Positions 23,843 through 32,000 of a stretch of 32,000 bases of DNA are shown here, piece by piece. A program made the translations under genes and the position numbers. The notes under the pieces are model-generated. The model was not told the origin of the DNA, did no database searches, and saw only the letters and a program-made list of their open reading frames with translations. Source of the stretch: an uncultured Erysipelotrichaceae bacterium (GTDB taxonomy: Bacteria; Bacillota_I; Bacilli_A; Erysipelotrichales; Erysipelotrichaceae); contig OW818668.1 in the NCBI GenBank assembly GCA_942493105.1, positions 1,440,001-1,472,000 on the forward strand, written 5' to 3'. Numbering within the stretch: the first letter of the stretch is position 1; every line of letters starts with the position of its first letter.

Positions 23843-25578
23843 GCGAGTTCCTCCTGACTTAATTGCGATGAAGCAATTTCATAATAGACAGGACATGTTT
23901 TAAGCAAGTCTCTATGTTTTCCTATCCCAGCAATTCTTCCTTTTTCTAAAACGACGATTTGATCAGCATTCATGATGGTGCTGACACGTTGACCGACAAT
24001 AAACAATGTGCTGTTTCCAACTTCCTTATGTAAAGCTTTTCTAAGTGCTGCATCTGTTTTAAAATCCAAAGCTGAAAATGAATCATCAAAAATATAGATA
24101 TCAGCTTGTTTAACCAAAGCTCTGGCAATTGACAATCTTTGTTTTTGTCCACCAGAAAGATTAGTAGCTCCTTGAGCCAATTTAAAGAGGTACTGGTCTT
24201 CTTTATCCTTGATGAAGCCAGATGCTTGAGCAATCGTTGCAGCGTGTTCTACGACTTCGTGTGAGGCTTCAGGAGCACCAAACACCAGGTTATCTTGAAT
24301 CGTTCCTGATAGCAGCATGCCTTTTTGAGGGACATAGCCGATTTTAGCTCTAAGATCTTTTTGGGCAACATGTCGAATATCGACCCCATCGATCAAGATA
24401 GAACCTTGTGTAACATCATAAAGGCGCGGTATAAGGTTAATAAGAGTGCTTTTTCCACTGCCGGTAGAGCCAATAAAAGCAGTAACAGTACCAGGTCTTG
24501 CGGTAAAAGAAATCTCATTTAAAACATCTTCATTGGCTTTGGGATATCTAAAAGAAACTCGATCAAAGATGATTTCACCTTTTTTAGATGGCTCAAAGTT
24601 CGCAGGAACTTGAGGATCAATAATAACAGGTTGTGTATCCAGTACTTCTCGGATGCGTCGAGCACTGACCAAAGCACGGGGCAACATGGTAAAAATCATG
24701 GTCAAGTTGATGAAAGAAGCCAAGACTTGAGATGTATACTGCATGAAAGCCATCATTTGACCAATCTGCATCATCCCGGCACTGATTCTTTCAGATGCGG
24801 TATAAAGAATCAAAAGGGTCGTAAAACTCATACAAATCATGATGACTGGATCCATAAAACTCATGATACGCATCAAAGTTACATTGTTGGTGTAAACGGC
24901 TTGATTGACCGTTTGAAATTTTTCAGCTTGTGTTTTTTGTGCATTGAATGCTCTGACGACTCTGATTCCGCTTAAACTTTCTCGAGCGATCAAGTTCAGT
25001 CGATCGGTCAATTTTTGAACCTTTTCAAATTTTGGTGACGTGATACCGATGATCAAGATGACTACAATGGACATGATGGGAAAAATCACCATGAAAATCC
25101 AACTTAAGCTAGGAGTCAATTGTACAGCTTTGATCAATGCGGCAATACCTGTCAAAGGAGCTGCCAATAAGATTCGAAAGGACATCGCCATGATATGTTG
25201 AACCTGTTGGACATCATTGGTGGAACGGGTAATCAAAGAAGCTGTTGAGAAACGATCGAATTCAACCAAAGAGAAACTTTCGATTTTCTTGAAGATATCT
25301 TTACGAATCAGATCGCCTACTCTAGAACCAATATATGAAGCTAAGAAATTTGATGTGAAAAATAATACAACGACCAATAAAGCCACCATCAACATGGATG
25401 TCCCTGTCTTGATGACATAATCCATATCTTTTAAAACAATCCCATTATCGATGATACGCATCATGTAGTCAGGCAAGGATAAATCTGCCATGACTCTAGC
25501 GGTCAACGCAATGACGGCTAAAAGAGCCTGCCACCACGTGTGTTTTAAGTAACCATACAGTTTGATCATGGATTGCAC
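23839..25578 (-). CDS. ABC exporter half-transporter (TMD-NBD), degenerate-site subunit of a heterodimer
   Basis: Walker A GSTGSGKST and signature LSGGQKQR. Walker B IYIFDDSFSALD has Asp in place of the catalytic Glu, and the H-loop reads GQRVST (Gln for His). ATGA overlap with the downstream partner. Confidence 0.9.
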   Translation of the reverse strand: MQSMIKLYGYLKHTWWQALLAVIALTARVMADLSLPDYMMRIIDNGIVLKDMDYVIKTGTSMLMVALLVVVLFFTSNFLASYIGSRVGDLIRKDIFKKIESFSLVEFDRFSTASLITRSTNDVQQVQHIMAMSFRILLAAPLTGIAALIKAVQLTPSLSWIFMVIFPIMSIVVILIIGITSPKFEKVQKLTDRLNLIARESLSGIRVVRAFNAQKTQAEKFQTVNQAVYTNNVTLMRIMSFMDPVIMICMSFTTLLILYTASERISAGMMQIGQMMAFMQYTSQVLASFINLTMIFTMLPRALVSARRIREVLDTQPVIIDPQVPANFEPSKKGEIIFDRVSFRYPKANEDVLNEISFTARPGTVTAFIGSTGSGKSTLINLIPRLYDVTQGSILIDGVDIRHVAQKDLRAKIGYVPQKGMLLSGTIQDNLVFGAPEASHEVVEHAATIAQASGFIKDKEDQYLFKLAQGATNLSGGQKQRLSIARALVKQADIYIFDDSFSALDFKTDAALRKALHKEVGNSTLFIVGQRVSTIMNADQIVVLEKGRIAGIGKHRDLLKTCPVYYEIASSQLSQEELA

Positions 25579-25988
25579 TCTCTGGTTTCAGTTGTATAGT
25601 GATTAAGTTTATCGATAAGTGTGAAAAGTTGCTTTTGTTCATCTGCACTTAAAACAGAGAGATTCTTTTCTAACTGATGTTGTCTTTTCTCATGAAAGTT
25701 CATTTTATCCGCAAAAGGAATAATCAAGATTTGTCTTCGATCATGCGGATTCACTTCTCGTTTAAGATAGTTTTTAGCTTCCAGACTATTTAAAAGGGGA
25801 GTTACTGCGGATCTTGAAAGGCCAAGATGGACTCCAAGTTCAGAAGGCAACATACTTTTCTCATCCTTAGGCAAGTGTTTACTCAGCGCCATCATGACCA
25901 TACGTTCACCGACACTTAAGTCACCTGTATTACGACTTGGGCGATTAAGATATAAAAACTGCTGTAATGCATCGATCAGTTCTTTCAT
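25566..25988 (-). CDS. MarR-family transcriptional regulator (first gene of the exporter operon)
   Basis: Winged-HTH pattern (PSELGVHLGLSRSAVTPLLNSLEAKNYLKREVNPHDRRQILI). The start at ATG 25988 (MKELID) is preceded by TGGAGG. The track start at 26012 lies inside the operator palindrome and has no SD. Confidence 0.85.
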   Translation of the reverse strand: MKELIDALQQFLYLNRPSRNTGDLSVGERMVMMALSKHLPKDEKSMLPSELGVHLGLSRSAVTPLLNSLEAKNYLKREVNPHDRRQILIIPFADKMNFHEKRQHQLEKNLSVLSADEQKQLFTLIDKLNHYTTETRECNP

Positions 25989-26000
25989 AAGCCTCCAATA

Positions 26001-26028
26001 AAAATAGTTCATATCATTGAACTATTTT
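26001..26028. promoter_or_regulatory. Perfect 11-bp inverted repeat, probable MarR operator
   Basis: AAAATAGTTCA-tatcat-TGAACTATTTT, located 9 nt downstream of the -10 box on the minus strand. Confidence 0.65.
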
Positions 26029-26037
26029 ACACTATGC

Positions 26038-26065
26038 ATTATATATGATTGAGATTTAAATACAA
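26038..26065 (-). promoter_or_regulatory. Promoter of the MarR-ABC exporter operon
   Basis: On the minus strand: TTGTAT (26060-26065), 16-nt spacer, TATAAT (26038-26043). Confidence 0.65.
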
Positions 26066-26067
26066 TA

Positions 26068-27711
26068 CTACATTTGATCAAAAGCGATTTTACATGTTTT
26101 CTTAGCGATGGTAATGGCCAATACATCCAATATGAAGAAAACAATGAAGAGCGTAAAGGCAAACCACATGGGTTGATCAAACCAGCCTACACTAAAGAAA
26201 AGCCCAGCTCCTAATCCCATTGCAGGAATCAAGGTAAAGGCAGAATTGATGTTTTGTTTGACCGGAACGGCCTCTTGTTCCCAGACGAGTTTAGGATGGA
26301 TCATATCGACGATGATCCCAATATAATTGATCAGTAAGCCACTTAATAGTGCTGCCAAGAAAGCTAGAAATAAACTAAAAGGCGGAATCCCTAAGAGAAC
26401 TCCAAAAGGAATCAACATAAACAAGATCCCAAAGAAACTGACGATCAAGCCACTATAAACTTTGGCTTGAATTTGTTTGAAGTAAGACATAGGTATGTAT
26501 TTCATAAAGTAAACATGGGATCCTTCACGGGAAATAGCCGATACAGTAATCATGTTGAGTGCACTCATGAAGAGTCCGATGGCTGCACCTGCAGCCAATA
26601 CATAGGCCAATACACTGGGATCATCCCAAGATATCGATTTGATCATGACGATAACATCATCTTGACTTCCAACACCACCAGCGAGTGAAATCAACATGAT
26701 GATTGGCATCAAGAAGACAGTAGCGATGTTGTTGAGCAGATAGATGGGGGTACGGATCATCAACTTCAATTCTTTAATGGTATAGGTGATGATCGGATTT
26801 GAACTCAGCGTCAATTTCGCATAATCTTTGCTTTTAAGAGCTTTTCTAGAAGCGCCTGTTTCATTGACACCAACAGCCGTTGAGAAGTAAACGACATCAG
26901 ATACAATTAGGAATATCCCAACGAATCCAGCTGCGATCAATAAAGTTATCCCTAAATTTACTAAACTCAATTCAACCATGGCTTTGATCGCAAATGGAAT
27001 GCTAGGAATCAAATATCCAAAGATCGATGTTAAAGAATTATTACCTTTGACCAACATGTCAATCATGCTTTGTGAATCAATCGTAACGATTGAACCAACT
27101 GCTGCATTGATTCCTATCGCAAATGCTAACGCAACAAAACCACTTAAGTAGTTGAATAAATCACGATTTCTAGCTTTCGGAATAACAGCCATTACGACCA
27201 TGACGATTAAACCGGCTAAAATCAATGGAATAAGTGGTGCAAAAATCAAAACGACCAAAGTGATCAAATAAAATAACGGTTCAGGACGAACATTGATGAT
27301 ATATGCAGCTAAGATTGGAAAGCCAATCACAACGACACTGAAGTATTCATAAATCAAACTGACGCCTAATTTTGCGGATACGATCGTATGAGCCTTTAGA
27401 GGCAAACTTAATAATATTTCAACATCCTTTGAAAAATAAAAAACAGCAGGAATCAAGAATATGGCAAGAAAGAAAATCATCAAGGACATCGCCGTCAACA
27501 TCAATCCTAATATGACGCCTGATTGTTGAATGGGGATCAATAATTTCAAAGCTTCTTCAGCTAAAGTATAAAAGCTAAATAAGGTGGGGATAAATGCGAC
27601 GACTAAAAAAGCAGGTAAAAGGCGTGTCCATATGGATTTCTTTTTATTGGACTCGACTAAACTTAAGGTGTTCTTAAGTGTCGCAACAAAAAGTGCCCAA
27701 AAACTACGCAT
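26068..27711 (-). CDS. Large polytopic membrane protein, putative ABC exporter permease
   Basis: 547 aa with at least 12 hydrophobic helices. It overlaps the upstream ABC ATPase gene by 8 nt. It resembles the Firmicute putative-ABC-exporter permease family (from memory). Confidence 0.6.
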   Translation of the reverse strand: MRSFWALFVATLKNTLSLVESNKKKSIWTRLLPAFLVVAFIPTLFSFYTLAEEALKLLIPIQQSGVILGLMLTAMSLMIFFLAIFLIPAVFYFSKDVEILLSLPLKAHTIVSAKLGVSLIYEYFSVVVIGFPILAAYIINVRPEPLFYLITLVVLIFAPLIPLILAGLIVMVVMAVIPKARNRDLFNYLSGFVALAFAIGINAAVGSIVTIDSQSMIDMLVKGNNSLTSIFGYLIPSIPFAIKAMVELSLVNLGITLLIAAGFVGIFLIVSDVVYFSTAVGVNETGASRKALKSKDYAKLTLSSNPIITYTIKELKLMIRTPIYLLNNIATVFLMPIIMLISLAGGVGSQDDVIVMIKSISWDDPSVLAYVLAAGAAIGLFMSALNMITVSAISREGSHVYFMKYIPMSYFKQIQAKVYSGLIVSFFGILFMLIPFGVLLGIPPFSLFLAFLAALLSGLLINYIGIIVDMIHPKLVWEQEAVPVKQNINSAFTLIPAMGLGAGLFFSVGWFDQPMWFAFTLFIVFFILDVLAITIAKKTCKIAFDQM

Positions 27712-28426
27712 GAGAAGTAACCTCTAAGAAGATGTCTTCTAAGGATTTGCCCGCATGTCCCTTCTTAAGCTCTTCTAAAGTTCCATAATATAAGATTTGT
27801 CCTTTGTTGATGATGGCAACCTTGGTACATAATTTTTCAGCTACTTCCAAAACATGAGTTGAAAAGAAGACGGTTTTTCCTAAAGATGCTTGAACCTTCA
27901 TGATTTCTTTAAGGGAGAAGGCAGATTGAGGATCCAAGCCCGTTAATGGCTCATCTAGGATCCAAATCGAAGGATCATGAATCAAAACACCCATCAGAAT
28001 GATTTTCTGTCTCATCCCATGAGAATAGGACAGGATCTTATCACTTAAGGCGGATGTCATTTCAAACATGGCTGCGAATTTCTCGATACGTACACGACGA
28101 TCTGCAACAGGAACATCATAGATATCTGCCATAAAGTTCAGATATTCTATGCCTTTTAAGCGTAAGAATAAATCTGGATTATCTGAAACATAGCCAAATT
28201 GGCGTTTTGCTTCTAGAGGTTTTTCTTGGATGTTGATCCCATTAAGTGTAATGGTTCCAGTATCTGGTTTTAAGATACCGGTCATCATTTTGATGGTGGT
28301 TGTTTTACCAGCACCATTAGGTCCAATGAACCCAATGATTTCTCCGGGTTGAATGATAAGTGATAAATCATTGACGGCTTTTACTTTACCTGAATACGTT
28401 TTACTGACAGACTTGATTTCGATCAT
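27704..28426 (-). CDS. ABC transporter ATP-binding protein (ABC-2/DrrA-like)
   Basis: Walker A GPNGAGKTT, signature variant YSHGMRQK, Walker B IWILDEPLTGLD. SD AAGGAG. Confidence 0.9.
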   Translation of the reverse strand: MIEIKSVSKTYSGKVKAVNDLSLIIQPGEIIGFIGPNGAGKTTTIKMMTGILKPDTGTITLNGINIQEKPLEAKRQFGYVSDNPDLFLRLKGIEYLNFMADIYDVPVADRRVRIEKFAAMFEMTSALSDKILSYSHGMRQKIILMGVLIHDPSIWILDEPLTGLDPQSAFSLKEIMKVQASLGKTVFFSTHVLEVAEKLCTKVAIINKGQILYYGTLEELKKGHAGKSLEDIFLEVTSHA

Positions 28427-28435
28427 GAGGGCTCC

Positions 28436-28744
28436 TTATGTGATGATCATTGCGATGGTGAGAAGGGCGATAAAAAACAAAGGTAATAGTATGGCTACGA
28501 TACTGTCTTTAATTGGGAAAGTTTCATCTTTTCTAAATCTGAGATAAACTTGTCCAACAAAAACCACAAAGAAAGCCACGAAGGCAAAGAGTGCGACATT
28601 AAGTGGCAGACTCCAATTGACCTTACCAGTCAACGAGAATTGCATGGGTACACTTTCTGGTAATTGTGCATAAAAGAAAACAAGAAAGAGAGGGAAGGTG
28701 GCTGCACTTAACGCAATAAACATTAAAGCTTTGTTCTTTTTCAT
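28436..28744 (-). CDS. Small membrane protein, DUF1648-like (SdpI N-terminal-type)
   Basis: 102 aa with 3 TM helices. LPESVPMQFSLTGKVNW resembles the DUF1648 motif (lP..iP.Hf...G..d.w). SD AGGAG. Confidence 0.5.
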   Translation of the reverse strand: MKKNKALMFIALSAATFPLFLVFFYAQLPESVPMQFSLTGKVNWSLPLNVALFAFVAFFVVFVGQVYLRFRKDETFPIKDSIVAILLPLFFIALLTIAMIIT

Positions 28745-28778
28745 AATATTCTCCTTTTTAAGTTTAGCACTTTTGTGA

Positions 28779-30941
28779 TTATTCGCACAAGTATTCTAGT
28801 AAACATGTTTTTCTTGGATTTTCATCTTTTCTTGATAATCCGTAGGCAAAAGCACTTTTCTCACCGATAAGGATCAAAGATTTTGAAGCTCTGGTGATGG
28901 CTGTATAGAGTAGTCGTCTTTGAAGCATGATTTTTTGTTCATTGAGAATGGGCAGAATGACAATAGGGTACTCACTGCCTTGAGATTTATGGATGGATAT
29001 ACAGTATGCCAAGGTAATATTGATGAAAGTTTCGGAGGTGTATTCAACGATACGTCCATCAAAATCGACCACAAGTCGGTTTTGTTTACGTTCATCGTCT
29101 TTAGCGTGAATGACTTCGATCAAGATTCCAATATCTCCATTATAGACATCATCGTTGGGTTGGTTCTTTAATTGTAAGATCTTATCACCTTCACGGAATG
29201 TGACATATCCAATTTGGAGCTCATTGTGACGTGCAACAGGTGGGTTGACCATTTTTTGGACCGCATGATTCAATGCGTCTATACCGGCTTGACGATTATA
29301 CATGGGGGCCAAGACTTGGATATCACTGACGGTGTAGCCTTTATCGAGACCTTGACTAATGATGTCTAGGATAAGTTGTTTGACATCGATCGCATGACAA
29401 TCGATCCAACGGATATCTTTCGTCAATCCATCTAAATTAACTTTGTTTTCACGAATTTGATGTGCTAGTTCAATCACATCTGACCCTTCTTTTTGACGAT
29501 AGATCGTTTGTAGAGCAATGACTGAAAAGCGTTGTGATTCAATTAAATCTTTTAAGACAGAACCAGGAGCGACTGAAGGCAATTGATCGATATCGCCTAC
29601 GATCAAGATCTTTTTAACATTCTTACAAGCTTTTAAAAGATTACCAAATAACCAAGTATCGACCATAGAAAATTCATCGATGATCAAACAATCTAAAGCT
29701 AAAGGATCTGCTTCATTCTTACCAAAAGTATTGGCTTCAAGATCCCATTTCAATAAGGCATGGATCGTTGTCGAATCGGTTCCGGTCAACTCATTGAGAC
29801 GTTTGGCAGCTCGACCAGTCGGTGCGCAACAAACCACTGAAGCTGTAGAATAAAGCGTCTTGAAAAGATCGATCATGGCGCCTACGACGGTTGTTTTACC
29901 TGTTCCTGGACCACCTGTTAAAATGGTGATCGGTTCTTTAAAGAAAGTATGGATGGCACTGTTTTGCAGTTCATCATAATGGATTGCTAAACGTTGTTCA
30001 CGGTGCGCTAAGGCGATGTCCAGATCCTCTAAATTAAAAGGATCTAGTGTTTCAATTGGATAGGTTTCAAAATAGGTCGCAATAAATTTCTCGTTGGTAT
30101 ATTGAGAAGGATGGAAATAGTGTTGATCGACTTGAATAATTTTACGTTGTCTAACACAATCATCCAGGATCATGTCAAAAAGATGCTGTTGATCGCTGAA
30201 TTCTTTAGTAAATTGATTTTCCAATGCACTATATTCAACGTAACTGTCGCCAGTCCGCATGCATTCATTGAGAACCATCATGATTAATGCTGCTCTTAAA
30301 CGACGTGGATCATCCAATTCAAATCCCATCGATAAAGCCAGTTTATCTGCAGTGATAAATCCAATCCCATCGACTTCTTCAACCAACCGATACGGATTTT
30401 CCTTAACAACCTCCAAAACTTTGTTGCCATAGATACGATCTAAACGCATAATGTTTCGAATACCTAATCCATGTGTCGTAAAGAATTTCATGGCTTCTTC
30501 GCTTTCACCCGCTAAAATAAGCCCTTCATAAATGGCTTCTTCTTTGACTTTCGTCCAGCCTTTGATTTTACGAATGATGGTGACATCATCTTTTAATTGA
30601 AGTAAAACATCTTCCCCAAAAGTATCCACTAATTTTTCTGCGAATCCTTTACCAATTCCCCTAAATATCGGTGATTTCAAATAACTGATGATGGAGTCAC
30701 GATCAGTCGGTAAAATCCTTCGGTAGTGTGCAACTTGAAATTGCATCCCAAATCGAGGATGTTCTTGATAGGTCCCGCTTAAGGCGATCAACAGATCTTT
30801 ATTGAATTTTGGAAAGTAACCTGTAACAGTGACGTCTTTTTCATTAAGATCATATAACTTAAAAACACCAACGGTGAATTGGTTGGCCTCAGAATGAAAT
30901 ATCGTTTTGATCAGTCTTCCAGTTATTTCAATGGTTTCCAT
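28779..30941 (-). CDS. recD2: SF1B ATP-dependent DNA helicase RecD2
   Basis: Walker A GGPGTGKTT, motif II LIIDEFSMVD, IHKSQGSEYP and LLYTAITRASKSLILIG, with an N-terminal HhH-containing region. 720 aa. Confidence 0.9.
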   Translation of the reverse strand: METIEITGRLIKTIFHSEANQFTVGVFKLYDLNEKDVTVTGYFPKFNKDLLIALSGTYQEHPRFGMQFQVAHYRRILPTDRDSIISYLKSPIFRGIGKGFAEKLVDTFGEDVLLQLKDDVTIIRKIKGWTKVKEEAIYEGLILAGESEEAMKFFTTHGLGIRNIMRLDRIYGNKVLEVVKENPYRLVEEVDGIGFITADKLALSMGFELDDPRRLRAALIMMVLNECMRTGDSYVEYSALENQFTKEFSDQQHLFDMILDDCVRQRKIIQVDQHYFHPSQYTNEKFIATYFETYPIETLDPFNLEDLDIALAHREQRLAIHYDELQNSAIHTFFKEPITILTGGPGTGKTTVVGAMIDLFKTLYSTASVVCCAPTGRAAKRLNELTGTDSTTIHALLKWDLEANTFGKNEADPLALDCLIIDEFSMVDTWLFGNLLKACKNVKKILIVGDIDQLPSVAPGSVLKDLIESQRFSVIALQTIYRQKEGSDVIELAHQIRENKVNLDGLTKDIRWIDCHAIDVKQLILDIISQGLDKGYTVSDIQVLAPMYNRQAGIDALNHAVQKMVNPPVARHNELQIGYVTFREGDKILQLKNQPNDDVYNGDIGILIEVIHAKDDERKQNRLVVDFDGRIVEYTSETFINITLAYCISIHKSQGSEYPIVILPILNEQKIMLQRRLLYTAITRASKSLILIGEKSAFAYGLSRKDENPRKTCLLEYLCE

Positions 30942-31666
30942 TAGGACATCGAATGTTCAATGGCATACAACATCGCTAAAATCGAAATGCCATTGTTGAT
31001 GAAATGCAGTAGTATCGAAGAATATAGATTTTGAGTTTGTTCATAAGTAAAGGTTAAAACCAAAGACATGAAGGCATATAATGGCAGATACAATAGATCG
31101 ATCCAGTTTCCATCCATTATGGCATTTAGTGAATGCATCAGTGCAAACAACAATGTAGAAATGAATAAAGGCAATAGGTAGCGTCCGGCTTTTTTAAAGT
31201 GTCGATAGATAACCCCTCTAAATATGATTTCTTCAACGATTGGGGCAAAAATTAATGCTTGGACCATAATAGCGACTCTATTCAGCTTGAACATTTCAAA
31301 GATGAGATTTTGATTGACTGGATCACCTTGACCAGTCAATTTAGTTAATGCCATCCCGTAAAAAATAGAAACCCAAAGCATCACCATGGCTGCAATGATG
31401 GGGATATAGACCGACATGATGGTCCAATGATGATTCGACTCGTGTAATAATTTTGAGCCCAGATAAAGAAAAACAAGGGTCATGATCGTGTGATAGATAA
31501 TGTCTGTATAAGTCATTGATAAGAAACCTGGGATCAATGTGCGATCAATCACGAACATGATGATTGGAATGATAAAAATATAGAAGGCAAAATAAGCAAC
31601 CAACATAACTATGACATTCTTTCTAGATAATGGACTGGGATTTTGAATGTGTTTAAAGAGTTTCAT
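30941..31666 (-). CDS. CPBP-family intramembrane glutamic endopeptidase (Abi/CAAX-protease-like)
   Basis: Motifs EEIIFRGVIY (EExxxR), FALMH (FxxxH) and HFINN, across about 7 TM helices. 1-nt overlap with recD2. Confidence 0.85.
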   Translation of the reverse strand: MKLFKHIQNPSPLSRKNVIVMLVAYFAFYIFIIPIIMFVIDRTLIPGFLSMTYTDIIYHTIMTLVFLYLGSKLLHESNHHWTIMSVYIPIIAAMVMLWVSIFYGMALTKLTGQGDPVNQNLIFEMFKLNRVAIMVQALIFAPIVEEIIFRGVIYRHFKKAGRYLLPLFISTLLFALMHSLNAIMDGNWIDLLYLPLYAFMSLVLTFTYEQTQNLYSSILLHFINNGISILAMLYAIEHSMS

Positions 31667-32000
31667 TGGTGTGCCTTGATTCTTTCTTGTAGACTGATAT
31701 GATCAACATAGACATCTTCAATGACACCACCGCCTAAACAAACTTCTCCAAGATAGAACACTGCTTCTTGACCAGGTGTCACTGCTGCAATCGGTGTTTT
31801 GAAATCGACCCATATCGAAGTATGATCGATCTTACTGATTGTAACTTTTTGATCTTTTTGTCGATATCTGAACTTTGCCATACAGGTCAACGGTTCACTT
31901 AAGTCTATTGGATTAAACCAATTAAGATCTGTGACCAGTGCACTATCTGAAGTCAGCCAAGGATTGTTTTCACCTTTGACGACATATAACTCATTCTTTT
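31663..32000 (-). CDS. mnmA: tRNA 2-thiouridine(34) synthase MnmA, C-terminal part only (gene continues beyond the window)
   Basis: Hand translation shows the frame stays open to base 32000 (...KNELYVVKGENNPWLTSDSALVTDLNWFNPIDLSEPLTCMAKFRYRQKDQ...), matching the MnmA C-terminal barrel (K.RYRQ). The TTG start in the track is an artefact. Confidence 0.85.
   Translation of the reverse strand, partial: KNELYVVKGENNPWLTSDSALVTDLNWFNPIDLSEPLTCMAKFRYRQKDQKVTISKIDHTSIWVDFKTPIAAVTPGQEAVFYLGEVCLGGGVIEDVYVDHISLQERIKAHQ

Noticed and set aside
24610-24975. 121-aa antisense ORF inside the ABC exporter gene, and similar nested or antisense ORFs (e.g. 879-1211, 5246-5548, 6757-7101, 7750-7986, 15412-15696, 28920-29171)
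   Set aside because: All are embedded in strongly supported conserved CDSs, have no SD, and have compositionally odd translations. This is typical chance ORF content for AT-rich DNA.
28779-31666. RecD-like helicase + Abi/CPBP protease as an anti-phage defence pair
   Set aside because: The helicase has the full RecD2 housekeeping architecture and sits in the conserved mnmA-recD2 synteny. There are no nuclease, TIR, Sir2 or other effector domains and no signs of a mobile island.
1-32000. Mobile element, prophage, genomic island, tRNA/rRNA genes or CRISPR arrays anywhere in the window
   Set aside because: I found no integrase, transposase or recombinase-like ORF, no long terminal or inverted repeats, no tRNA-like T-loop motifs and no spacer-repeat periodicity. 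Gene content and tight operon packing look like core chromosome.

Overview
AT-rich (about 35-40% GC by eye), densely packed chromosomal segment that looks like a low-GC Gram-positive (Bacillota/Erysipelotrichia- or Acholeplasma-like). TGA is used as a stop, so this is code 11. Most of the window is housekeeping. It holds thrS (5' partial), proS, the infC-rpmI-rplT operon with an L20-type leader, a choline-kinase-like gene, and a five-gene chain joined by ATGA overlaps (B12/radical-SAM, rdgB, a DUF1461-TraX fusion, trmL, a membrane protein). It also holds a ComK-family gene, an S-box-type SAM riboswitch upstream of metK, and a MarR + YknXYZ/MacAB-like efflux operon. Further along are two tandem paralogous Ig-like/NodB deacetylase lipoproteins and a MarR + heterodimeric ABC exporter operon. 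The window ends with an mnmA-CPBP-recD2 operon extended by a DUF1648/ABC module. I found no tRNA/rRNA, CRISPR array, transposase, integrase, prophage or recognisable defence island. I cannot point with confidence to a complete undescribed system. The candidates most worth a second look are: (1) a RidA protein with an 80-aa CxC-rich metallothionein-like tail built from a 27-bp in-frame tandem repeat, co-transcribed with an uncalled 48-aa membrane peptide; (2) a single-ORF fusion of a Lit-like DUF1461 domain to a TraX-family domain; (3) an ATPase-less binding-protein/permease cluster between thrS and proS that also encodes a PQ-loop-like mini-transporter and a NuoE-like ferredoxin-fold protein; (4) the tandem deacetylase lipoproteins, which have no Shine-Dalgarno and share a TGnTATAAT-N7-ATG geometry suggesting leaderless mRNAs; (5) a SAM-I-clan aptamer with a covarying pseudoknot but no obvious canonical P4. 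All family assignments come from motif recognition by eye. No database search was run.
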